From contig CALXXK010000003.1 of the NCBI GenBank assembly GCA_944392675.1, forward strand, positions 1 through 35,339: DNA of 35,339 bases, given 5' to 3'. Position 1 is the stretch's first letter; every line of letters starts with the position of its first letter. The notes under the pieces are model-generated. The model made no database searches and was not told the origin of the DNA. It saw only the letters and a list, made by a program, of their open reading frames with translations. The DNA comes from an uncultured Clostridia bacterium. GTDB lineage: Bacteria; Bacillota; Clostridia; TANB77; CAG-508. Of the stretch, positions 1-8,980 are shown in pieces. A program made the translations under genes and the position numbers.

Positions 1-417
1 AAAGGATATTTACAACCATGTGATATTTGGCACTTAGAAGATAAAGTAAAAGATGTATTATCAATAGGAAATCAAACTGGTGAAGGTTGGTTTTTAACTG
101 CTGAAATGATTGAATATATTGAAAATGATATTCCTAATATTGTCTGCGTGCAACCTTTTGCTTGTTTACCTAACCATGTTGTTGGTAAAGGTGTTATTAA
201 AACAATTAGAAGTATGTACCCAGATGCAAATATTTCTCCTATTGATTATGACCCTGGTGCTAGTGAAACTAATCAAACTAATAGAATTAAACTTTTAATG
301 ACTGTTGCTAAAGATAATTTGAAAGAAAAAGAAAAACATATAAAAGCATTAGAAATGGAAAATACTGAAAATAAAAATACTGATAAAAAATCTTCTTTAG
401 TAGATACTAAAAGTTAA
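1..417 (+). CDS. C-terminal part of a 2-hydroxyacyl-CoA dehydratase/activase-related protein (5' truncated by window edge)
   Basis: Frame is open from base 1 (KGYLQPCDIWHLEDK...GNQTGEGWFLTAEM); motifs GEGWFL, QPFACLPNHVVGKG and IDYDPGASETNQTNRIKL are typical of the C-terminus of this family. Confidence 0.8.
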   Translation, partial: KGYLQPCDIWHLEDKVKDVLSIGNQTGEGWFLTAEMIEYIENDIPNIVCVQPFACLPNHVVGKGVIKTIRSMYPDANISPIDYDPGASETNQTNRIKLLMTVAKDNLKEKEKHIKALEMENTENKNTDKKSSLVDTKS

Positions 418-421
418 TTTT

Positions 422-470
422 AAAAAATCGTTTTTCAAAATTGCATAATTTTTTTGAAAAACGATTTTTT
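422..470. terminator. Bidirectional intrinsic terminator-like hairpin
   Basis: Perfect 19-bp inverted repeat AAAAAATCGTTTTTCAAAA (422-440) / TTTTGAAAAACGATTTTTT (452-470) between convergent genes. Confidence 0.8.
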
Positions 471-491
471 ATTTTATATTGATTTTATTTA

Positions 492-559
492 TCTAATTTA
501 TTCTATTTTTTTCGATTTTATTCTAATTTATTCTATTTTTTTCGATTTTATTCTAATTT
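492..559 (-). repeat. 30-bp tandem repeat, 2.3 copies
   Basis: TCTAATTTATTCTATTTTTTTCGATTTTAT at 492-521 and 522-551, partial third copy from 552 supplying the patatin stop codon. Confidence 0.9.
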
Positions 560-1410
560 TTCTGATTTAACTTTTTTAAATATTTTTTTGTTTCCTGATA
601 ACCTAATTCATATAATTCATCAATTTTGCTCATATCCAATAATCCTATTTTACCACTTCTAATTATAATATTATCCCCAGAACCATTTAACTCATAATTA
701 GAAAGTTCTCTACATAATAAATTTATGGATCTACTTGCAACTTCAATTATATTTTTATTATAACATTCGTCTTTTTCACTTTCAAAAATCACATTTATAA
801 CTTTATCAGCACCTAACATTTTTAACTCTTTCCACGGAACATTTTCTCTTATTCCACCATCTATTAATTGTGTGTTTTTATATTTAAATGGAGAAAAAAC
901 TACAGGATAACTACAGCTTGCTCTCACTGCTTTGCCTACTTCTATATCATTTATAAAAACTATATTATCTGAAAATTCTTTTCTAAATTCACAAGAAGTA
1001 AAACATTTTAATTCTCCATTGCACATATCAACAGTAGGAATAACTAATGGCATTTTAATATCTGAAATATTATATATATCTTTTTTATTACATTGCTTTT
1101 TTATTAATTTTTCTATCTGACTTCCATTATTTAATCCGTCTATAACTATTTTTCTTGTGAATATTAAACCGAATATCAATTTTATTATATTTATAAAATC
1201 AACATATTTTATTTTTTTACAATATTTTTTGAATATTTCATATATTTCGTCAGATGTGAAGCCACATGCATATAAAGATGCAACTATACTACCTGATGAT
1301 GTTCCTCCTATATAGTCTATTTTTATATTTTCTTCTTCTAATGCTTTTAACGCTCCTATATGTGCAGCACCTTTAACTCCTCCTCCTGCTAAGCACAACC
1401 CTAAACTCAT
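553..1410 (-). CDS. Patatin-like phospholipase
   Basis: GGGVKG oxyanion loop, GTSSG nucleophile motif, ASCSYP and DGG motifs; ATG at 1410 follows AGGTGA RBS (track start 1419). Confidence 0.92.
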   Translation of the reverse strand: MSLGLCLAGGGVKGAAHIGALKALEEENIKIDYIGGTSSGSIVASLYACGFTSDEIYEIFKKYCKKIKYVDFINIIKLIFGLIFTRKIVIDGLNNGSQIEKLIKKQCNKKDIYNISDIKMPLVIPTVDMCNGELKCFTSCEFRKEFSDNIVFINDIEVGKAVRASCSYPVVFSPFKYKNTQLIDGGIRENVPWKELKMLGADKVINVIFESEKDECYNKNIIEVASRSINLLCRELSNYELNGSGDNIIIRSGKIGLLDMSKIDELYELGYQETKKYLKKLNQKN

Positions 1411-1521
1411 AACAATCACCTATAATAATATATTCATAAAATAATTTATGTGTGCTCACAAATTTAGTTAAAATTCTATTGTACAAATTGCTACTTATTC
1501 TAAAAAATTTCATTTTATAAC

Positions 1522-1570
1522 ATAAAAAGCTAAAACATAAAACTTCAAAATTTTACGTTTCAGCTTTTAT
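1522..1570 (-). terminator. Intrinsic terminator ending the T4SS-like operon
   Basis: Minus strand ATAAAAGCTGAAACGTAAAA..TTTTATGTTTTAGCTTTTTAT, stem with G-U pairs, just after the stop at 1595. Confidence 0.65.
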
Positions 1571-1594
1571 CTAACAACTAATTTTAATATATCT

Positions 1595-2932
1595 TTAATC
1601 AAATTGAGATTTAGTAGGGAAATTAAATGACATCACAAAATCTGTTTCATCCTTTAATCTCATTATTATAGTCCTTTGTATTTCTCTAGTATCTTCTCCC
1701 GTCACATCTTTTAATGTTATTTTTTGAATATAGTTATCTTCTTCTTTTGTCGTTTCACCATATTCTATTGTATAATGTGCAGGAAAATACTGTCTCATAT
1801 ATTCTTCGAATTTTTCAATGCTACCAAAATTTTCGTTTCTAAATGTTTCATCTAATACATTATATGCTGCATTATAATCTCTATTATTTAGCATTTTAAT
1901 CCATTTATTGATATTATAAGCAACTTTATATTGATCGTCTGAACTTGCATACTCTGCTAAATATTCTTCATCTTCATAATCTAATGTATAATCATCTAAT
2001 AATACTGTATAGCCCATAATATAATTTTCTCTAAATATATAAATATTTTCATATTGATCTTTGCAAACATATTCATTATAATTTTCATAATTATTATATA
2101 GATATGATTGTACTTCTACTTTTGATAAATCATTTTTATTACTTTCTACATATTGCTTAAAACTATCAACACTACCAAATCTTTTATTTCTATAATCTTC
2201 GTCTAAAAGATCATAATATTTTTCTGGATTAGATAGTATTTTATTTTTCCAATCATTAAAATATATTACTGATACCCTTTGATTAGTAGTATTAGAAAAT
2301 TTAAATTTATTATATTCATTTTCTAATAAAGTAACTGTACCTATAGAATTCAGATCTTCTTTGCTTATATTTTCAGATATATTGTGTGTTTCTATATATT
2401 CTTCTGGAAACACTGAAAATAAAGTATTTCTTGTATCCATTTTTATAATTATTTCCATATCCTTTTCCAATAAAGAATATCTTCCTTTTATTAACAAAAT
2501 ATTTATATTATTATCAAATTCGGCAATATACATATCTTTTATTTCTACTGTTTCATTAATAGATATATTTTGATATTTATCATTTAAACTTGCTTCAGTT
2601 ATATTAAATTCACTTTTATAAGCATCATCTAATATATTATATATAGCCTCATTAGCAATATCTGTCAATCCTGCATCAATATCATTTAATGTCTTAATAT
2701 ATTCAAGATATCTATCAACTAACATTTGTGTAGTAAAGTATATATTTCTATCTTTAACTCTTTCTATCTTTTCTTTAGGTTCATATACATTTCTAGTCTC
2801 AAATTCTGTCACTTCACCACTATCAGTTTCTTTTTTGTTACTATTAAATATTATACATATTACAATAGTTATTAGTATTAATACAGAGATAATTATTATA
2901 GCTATTCTTAATTTTCTCAAATAATTCACCAC
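1595..2932 (-). CDS. Membrane-anchored protein with repeated possible NTF2-like (VirB8-like) domains
   Basis: Single N-terminal TM helix; internal repeats IYNILDDAYKSEF / YYDLLDEDYRNKRFGSVDSF / AYNVLDETFRNENFGSIEKF; fold assignment is inference. Confidence 0.55.
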   Translation of the reverse strand: MVNYLRKLRIAIIIISVLILITIVICIIFNSNKKETDSGEVTEFETRNVYEPKEKIERVKDRNIYFTTQMLVDRYLEYIKTLNDIDAGLTDIANEAIYNILDDAYKSEFNITEASLNDKYQNISINETVEIKDMYIAEFDNNINILLIKGRYSLLEKDMEIIIKMDTRNTLFSVFPEEYIETHNISENISKEDLNSIGTVTLLENEYNKFKFSNTTNQRVSVIYFNDWKNKILSNPEKYYDLLDEDYRNKRFGSVDSFKQYVESNKNDLSKVEVQSYLYNNYENYNEYVCKDQYENIYIFRENYIMGYTVLLDDYTLDYEDEEYLAEYASSDDQYKVAYNINKWIKMLNNRDYNAAYNVLDETFRNENFGSIEKFEEYMRQYFPAHYTIEYGETTKEEDNYIQKITLKDVTGEDTREIQRTIIMRLKDETDFVMSFNFPTKSQFD

Positions 2933-2935
2933 CTT

Positions 2936-5900
2936 TTATTGAGGTACCCTTAAAATGTGTGTAGCCGATGACTTACTATAGCCAGAAGTAGAACTTTCTG
3001 GTAATTCACTTGTACCTTCAGCATTTATAGAAGCATTTCCACCACAGTTATAAACTATAAATCTATCTCCAGATGGATTTGGATCAGCAATAATTTCAAC
3101 GTGTCCATTATATGTAACAATATCTCCAGGCTGTGCTTGATCAATAGATACTTCTTGCCATCCATATTGATTTCCTTCAAATGTCCATGATGTCCATTGA
3201 TACATTCCTTGTACAAAGTTTTCAACTCCTGCATTAACAAGAACCCATGTTACATAAGAACTACAGTCTATTGTTCTTCCACCTAAATTAGGTACTGTTA
3301 CTCCAGCTTGACCATAACTATAACCATTTGTCCTTATATATTGATGCAATTTTACAGCTTCTTGTACTATTGTTCCACCACCAAGTGATGCAAAATCTCC
3401 AAATATATCATTCCAATATTTTAGTTGTTGTTCATACAACCATGCCGTATAATCAGCTCTTTCTTGAATTGTATAATCATCTACACCTATTTTATGAACA
3501 CTACCACATTTAGCTTCAAATTCATCACCATAGATTTCTTTCAAATAGATATTTCCACCACTTCCCCAGTCTCCTTCTCTATGTTTAGTATCTTCTCCAC
3601 ATAGATCTGAATAAACACTAAGCATTCCTTTTAACGTTCCTGGTTTTCCATATCCATTAGAATTACAATTTGCGGCCGATCTTTCTTCATATCTTTGTAA
3701 TATTAATTGTTCTTGCCAAGTTCCACTGCCTTCCATGTAACTAGCAAATGTATCTGCTAATTCTTTAACACCTTCTTCAAATGAACTTATATATTTTAAA
3801 GATGCTCCATTTGGCGTTCCTAATCCCCAGAAATTCTGATTTCCTCCTGATGATTTAAATCCACTTTCTTTTAATGCCATTGTTACAATTAGCTCTGGAT
3901 TTACATTATATTTTACTCCTAAATCATATATCTCCTCTGCTCGAGATAAAAAGTTTTGTTTAAAAGCTAAATTTCCGGTTTTATCATAATATGCTTGTAG
4001 AGCCTTTACAAAAGTCTCTTTATCCATAACACTTTCTGTTAAAGATATATCTGTTGCACCATAACCTATTTGAGTAAATTCATTATTTTTAAATTTTTCA
4101 AAGATTTTATCTTTATCTACACCTTCAAATATTTCTTTTCCAAATAATTCATTTATTAAAAACTTTGTTAAATCGACCATTTCGGTACAATTTCTTTCTA
4201 TTATTTTAATTATCCATTTAGGTTTTAAATTTGCTTGTGTACCTGGATTATCTTTAAATAATTTAATAAAATCGTCCTCTTTACTTTGAATTGGTTTTGT
4301 TTCTCCAGTATCAAATTTATTTGAAATTGTAGTTGTCGTTGTTGTTATTACTGTTGTAAAAACATTAGTCTTTCCATCTTGTGTTACTGATGTAGTTCTA
4401 ACATCTTGTTGAACAGTTTTTGTATTAGTAACTTTTCCTTTTACATTAGCAGTCGCATTAGCAATTAGTCCTAATTTTGAATTACCATTTTTTATTGCTG
4501 CATCTCCCTTTTCTTCAACGTCTTCTGCTAAAAATACTTCTCTACCATCAGACGTCACTCCAAAAGTCTCATCATGATTTTCCACATAAATATCTATATG
4601 ATTTCCATTTACTCCTCCTCCAACATCTTCTGCAACAAATACACAATCAAAACCATCTATTATAACTTTTGTACCTAGTGGAATAACATTTCTATCTACT
4701 GCTATTGTTCTATTAGGTGTTGCGACTGCTCCAGATGCAGTTTGTGTTCCATATCCTTCTGAACATTCATAACATGGACAATATCCTGTTGTTCTAAAAA
4801 CTCCTAAAGATTGTCCTTTCTTTCCAGATAATCCTCCGCCGCTAGCTTGTATATTAAGAGATGTATAACTTACTTCTTTTTCAAATCTAACAAACCAAGT
4901 ATCTGCATATGTTAGCTCTATAGTATCACTAACAGTTTCTCTTAATTCTAAACTTGAAGTCACACCTTGACCATTATATGTTACACTTCTTTCTACTTGA
5001 GTTGTGGTAACATTATCTTGAATAGCAATAATAAATTCGCTATCATATACCATATCTATAAAATCATTTATAAACTCCACATCTTTTACATCTATTAAAA
5101 AATCTAATAAATATTCATATTTAGTAACATATTTTTTCATAACTGTTTTAAAGTTTATTGGTGAATTTTTTAAAATTTTTAATCCTTCTGCTGTTGAATA
5201 AGACCACTTAGCAGTAATTAAATTTCCACTTTCATCTAAAGTATATACATCTAAAGCCTTTTGATCATTATTATCAACATAATAATTAAAAGTTTCTTTA
5301 TCTACATATGATAAATCTTGAGTTTCCTTTTCTTCATTTTCATCATCATCTTTTGTATCTTCTGAACTTTCTGGATCCTCAGGATGTCCCATATATTCAT
5401 CTACACCTTCAGCAATAGCTTTACCAATTTCATCAGATTTTGAATTTAGTATAGCCAAATCTGAACTATTATCATAAAATCCTATTTCTAGATATGCAGT
5501 AGGACAAGTATTTTTATGAAAAGCTATTAAATCTGGTTGTCCTGTTATAGCACCATTATTTTTTAATCCTGTACTTTCCGCTATTTTATTATTAATAATA
5601 GAACCTGCTGAATTGCTTTTTTGTGCATAGTCAGTTGGTATATATTTTTGAGTATAACGATTTTCATCTCCTAATTGCATATAACTTGTACCACTTGCAC
5701 CTGCTCCAGAGGCATTAGAATGTATACACACATATAAATCTGCATCTGGCTCTTTAGTTATATCTTGATTTGGAAAACAATATTCTGATCTTAAAGAAAA
5801 TGATTTATGTGAATTTCCATCCTCTCTAGTCATTCTAACTGTATATCCCATATCTTCCAAATATTTCTTTGCAGCAAGTGCATTTTTTAAGTTAATTTCC

Positions 5901-8179
5901 GGTTCTGTATCTCTATCACCACTTGTGGCTGAATACCATTCACTTACCCCCTGTGCAGCCCCTGAACATCCAGAACCTTCACATTCTTGTCCATATGTTC
6001 CTGATTTCCAATGTCTCCATTCTCCCCATTCACCAGAAGAATTTTGAACAAATCCATTTTTAGCTCTATCTTCAGCTGACATAGCTGATATTGAAGTTCC
6101 ATGACCTGGATCTAAAACTATTATTCCTTTACCTCCTCCAGAAGAATAACTTCCTGAACTTTCTCCTTCTGGAACATACTTCAAATCTTTTATCTTAGCA
6201 TTAATTGCAGATGAGGTTTTAGTCGTTGACGTAAATGAATTTTCTGTACCTGTTGTAGTAGAAGATGAGCCTTCTCCACTTGCTGTTTCAATATTTTCAT
6301 AAACTATTGAAGATAATTCCTCAAAAATTTTTGCATTGTCATCAGTAGTAGAAATAGCTAAAACATATGTTGCATTTTCTTTATATACTATAGTAATTTC
6401 AGTCTTAGCCCCTCCTCTTTCTTCTATCATTGACACGTTATTTACTCCGTTAGGTAATCCCATTGCAATCTGTGATGATCTTTCTGTCTTCATAAGTAAA
6501 TTTAAAGTTGTTAATCCTTCTGTATTATTTTCCCAAGTATGATATGTATTATTTTGCAACTCTCCAACCAACCTTACTAAATCAGAAAGTGAACTATAAT
6601 TTTCTTCAATATTTTCAGTAATTACTGTTGATGTATAACCTCTTTCTTTAATCCTCTTATTTAATTCATCAACTCCAATTACCTCTATAATTTTATTAAT
6701 TCTTCTATCACTAATATATCTATTTATTTCTGCTGATTTATCAGAATCTTTATTTTCATATTTGTATTGCTGTGCTTCTGCAATTACAAATAAATCTGTT
6801 AAATTTCCTGCGTTAATTTGTTTATCATTTAAATTTACTCCTATTTTACCTGTTGATAAATTTTTAGCATAAATACTCCAAGCTCCACCTTGAGCATTTT
6901 TATTCACATAGTCTGATACCTCTTCACTTATCTTACCTCCAGAGTTATCTGTACTAACAGAGCTTTCTTCTTCTCTACTAGAGGCTATTTCTTCTGACTC
7001 TTGTTCATTTTTTCCTACATTTGTCCAATCTATAGTAGCAACATTATCCAAACTCTGTTTTTCAAAATGTTGTGTATCACCTGTTAAATCATCTGCACTT
7101 CCAAGCCATACCCAACCATATTTGGTAAAAATATTATATATTTCTGAATCTGAGGTTATTGCTGCTGCCTTTTCTGTTTCTGTCCATCCAGTTTTATTTT
7201 TTCTATCTTTGGCAAATTTATTTGCATTTGAATGTGAATTTGAACCATCTGGATAAATATATGGATTTATCATAGGATTTATATCTATAGCTTGTCCAAG
7301 TCCATGATATGAAGCAGTTCCAGTATCTGTATTTCTATCATTGAAAGCTGATGTATTATTATCTTCTATTGAACAATAATCCAATCTATTTCCATATTCT
7401 GTACTAGAATTCATTTTTTGAGCTTCATCATCATACTCATCAATCAAAACCATTTTTTGTATAGGATACTTAATTTGATACAGTTCTTGAAAAATAAGTA
7501 ACACTTCATCTGCTATTTTTTTACTAACAACCATTTCACCTGTTTGCACATTTCCATCAAAATCATAATATGGTATTTTTAAGTAAGATAAATCATCATA
7601 AGTTATTCCTGTTAGCCCTTTCATTGATTTACCTTCCATTCTTTTTTGTAACTCTTCATCTATATCCTGTTTAGTACCTAATCCATCTGAACTAACTTCA
7701 CTAGTTGTACTAATAACACCAGCTGATGTATCTTTTAACTCTCCTATACTTTTATTTGGTGAGACCCTTCTGATTTTTATTCTTCCTTGAAATCCATCTA
7801 TACTTTCTTCTGTTGATTCTTCTTCTTCCTCTCCACTAATTGCATTTTGTATTTCTTCTTTCTTATTTTTTATATCTTTGTCATTAACTCCTTGATCTTC
7901 TAGATACTTAATATCATCTAATAAATCTTGTAATTCTTCTTTATTACTATCTTCCGAAATTTCTGCATTATAAATATTAGTTTTTATCTTTTCAATATTC
8001 CTCATTGTTGTTCCGTCATCATCATCATTTATTGGAATTATTTCATTTTCATCATCTATGTGTCTTATATCCTTTACACTTCTTGTATTTACTTCTCTAC
8101 TAGTTACTTTCCAATTCGTTTTAGAATTTCTTCCTGTCAATTTTTCTTCAGACCAACCGAGTCTGATATTTATCATCAT
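2936..8179 (-). CDS. Multi-domain peptidoglycan hydrolase (M15 peptidase, degenerate class A beta-lactamase-like, Amidase_3, 3D, glucosaminidase/lysozyme-like, NlpC/P60); probably the C-terminal part of a ~2005-aa protein starting at 8954
   Basis: SYHGLGQAIDINPMINPY..DTQHFE; IVLDPGHG..CIHSNA..YLEIGF; TGYCPC..TASG..IAVDRNVIPLGTKV..AEDVGG..HIDIY; YNVNPELIVTMALKESG..NFWGL; IDCSSYVTWVL..PGDIVTYNGHVEI. No well-spaced RBS at 8179. Confidence 0.85.
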   Translation of the reverse strand: MMINIRLGWSEEKLTGRNSKTNWKVTSREVNTRSVKDIRHIDDENEIIPINDDDDGTTMRNIEKIKTNIYNAEISEDSNKEELQDLLDDIKYLEDQGVNDKDIKNKKEEIQNAISGEEEEESTEESIDGFQGRIKIRRVSPNKSIGELKDTSAGVISTTSEVSSDGLGTKQDIDEELQKRMEGKSMKGLTGITYDDLSYLKIPYYDFDGNVQTGEMVVSKKIADEVLLIFQELYQIKYPIQKMVLIDEYDDEAQKMNSSTEYGNRLDYCSIEDNNTSAFNDRNTDTGTASYHGLGQAIDINPMINPYIYPDGSNSHSNANKFAKDRKNKTGWTETEKAAAITSDSEIYNIFTKYGWVWLGSADDLTGDTQHFEKQSLDNVATIDWTNVGKNEQESEEIASSREEESSVSTDNSGGKISEEVSDYVNKNAQGGAWSIYAKNLSTGKIGVNLNDKQINAGNLTDLFVIAEAQQYKYENKDSDKSAEINRYISDRRINKIIEVIGVDELNKRIKERGYTSTVITENIEENYSSLSDLVRLVGELQNNTYHTWENNTEGLTTLNLLMKTERSSQIAMGLPNGVNNVSMIEERGGAKTEITIVYKENATYVLAISTTDDNAKIFEELSSIVYENIETASGEGSSSTTTGTENSFTSTTKTSSAINAKIKDLKYVPEGESSGSYSSGGGKGIIVLDPGHGTSISAMSAEDRAKNGFVQNSSGEWGEWRHWKSGTYGQECEGSGCSGAAQGVSEWYSATSGDRDTEPEINLKNALAAKKYLEDMGYTVRMTREDGNSHKSFSLRSEYCFPNQDITKEPDADLYVCIHSNASGAGASGTSYMQLGDENRYTQKYIPTDYAQKSNSAGSIINNKIAESTGLKNNGAITGQPDLIAFHKNTCPTAYLEIGFYDNSSDLAILNSKSDEIGKAIAEGVDEYMGHPEDPESSEDTKDDDENEEKETQDLSYVDKETFNYYVDNNDQKALDVYTLDESGNLITAKWSYSTAEGLKILKNSPINFKTVMKKYVTKYEYLLDFLIDVKDVEFINDFIDMVYDSEFIIAIQDNVTTTQVERSVTYNGQGVTSSLELRETVSDTIELTYADTWFVRFEKEVSYTSLNIQASGGGLSGKKGQSLGVFRTTGYCPCYECSEGYGTQTASGAVATPNRTIAVDRNVIPLGTKVIIDGFDCVFVAEDVGGGVNGNHIDIYVENHDETFGVTSDGREVFLAEDVEEKGDAAIKNGNSKLGLIANATANVKGKVTNTKTVQQDVRTTSVTQDGKTNVFTTVITTTTTTISNKFDTGETKPIQSKEDDFIKLFKDNPGTQANLKPKWIIKIIERNCTEMVDLTKFLINELFGKEIFEGVDKDKIFEKFKNNEFTQIGYGATDISLTESVMDKETFVKALQAYYDKTGNLAFKQNFLSRAEEIYDLGVKYNVNPELIVTMALKESGFKSSGGNQNFWGLGTPNGASLKYISSFEEGVKELADTFASYMEGSGTWQEQLILQRYEERSAANCNSNGYGKPGTLKGMLSVYSDLCGEDTKHREGDWGSGGNIYLKEIYGDEFEAKCGSVHKIGVDDYTIQERADYTAWLYEQQLKYWNDIFGDFASLGGGTIVQEAVKLHQYIRTNGYSYGQAGVTVPNLGGRTIDCSSYVTWVLVNAGVENFVQGMYQWTSWTFEGNQYGWQEVSIDQAQPGDIVTYNGHVEIIADPNPSGDRFIVYNCGGNASINAEGTSELPESSTSGYSKSSATHILRVPQ

Positions 8180-8954
8180 TATATGTTGGAACTTTTATTT
8201 TCTCTCCTTGATAAAAGTCTATATCACTCTTATTAATCCAACCTTGTAAATTTAAAAGAGACCATTCTACATCTACTTTTACCTTTACTCTGTCACCTTC
8301 TGCTTCTACAACTTCATATATCTGTTTCTTTGTTTTTTGCTCTTTCTTCATAATAGTTGATTTTAAAATTTCATCACCAGTAGAATTTACATATATATTC
8401 TTATTTTCAATTGGCTGTATATATTTTATATCATCCCAATTTTCTATCAATTCTGCCTTTATGGTATCCCCTTCTATGTCTTCATCATCCCCTGATGTAA
8501 AATCTCCTCCTAAATTAGGATACTGAGTAACTAGTTGAGCCCTTATCATTTTCTCAATTGTATCTTCTGTCATTCCTTTTAAATTGTGTTCATCTATTAC
8601 TTTTTTTGTGAGTTCACTTAATTTTTCCTCAAATCCATCTACATAACCTAAATAATATCCATCTTCTGAATTACCTTTTATTTCTACCAATTCTTCTAAA
8701 TTATCTACCTCTAATGTTTCTAATGTTGCCTCTGGTGTTTTATCAGCTTGAATAAGTTCAACTATCCAACTAATTCCTGTATATATAAGAACTATTGCAG
8801 AAAAAATCGTAAGAAATGTTGCCATTAGTTTTACTCCAGTTACAGAAATAATAGCCATTATTGTCCCTTTTACTTTTCCTTTAACTTTTGCAGTTTTTCT
8901 GGATGTATCTTTTTCATAATTTTCTAACTTTTTTTCATCAAAATCATCATTCAA
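8148..8954 (-). CDS. Membrane-anchored N-terminal part of the giant hydrolase (TM segment, possible SH3-like tail)
   Basis: TTG start after GAGGTGA; hydrophobic segment aa ~32-66; YEVVEAEGDRVKV..GWINKSDI resembles bacterial SH3; overlaps the next ORF, which is in the +1 frame. Confidence 0.7.
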   Translation of the reverse strand: MNDDFDEKKLENYEKDTSRKTAKVKGKVKGTIMAIISVTGVKLMATFLTIFSAIVLIYTGISWIVELIQADKTPEATLETLEVDNLEELVEIKGNSEDGYYLGYVDGFEEKLSELTKKVIDEHNLKGMTEDTIEKMIRAQLVTQYPNLGGDFTSGDDEDIEGDTIKAELIENWDDIKYIQPIENKNIYVNSTGDEILKSTIMKKEQKTKKQIYEVVEAEGDRVKVKVDVEWSLLNLQGWINKSDIDFYQGEKIKVPTYNDDKYQTRLV

Positions 8955-8980
8955 GCTTTCATCACCTCATTTCTTATTAA

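Noticed and set aside
492-559. Mini CRISPR array
   Set aside because: Head-to-tail tandem copies without spacers
6290-6900. Beta-lactam resistance determinant
   Set aside because: SxxK and KTG motifs missing; domain is embedded in a cell-wall hydrolase
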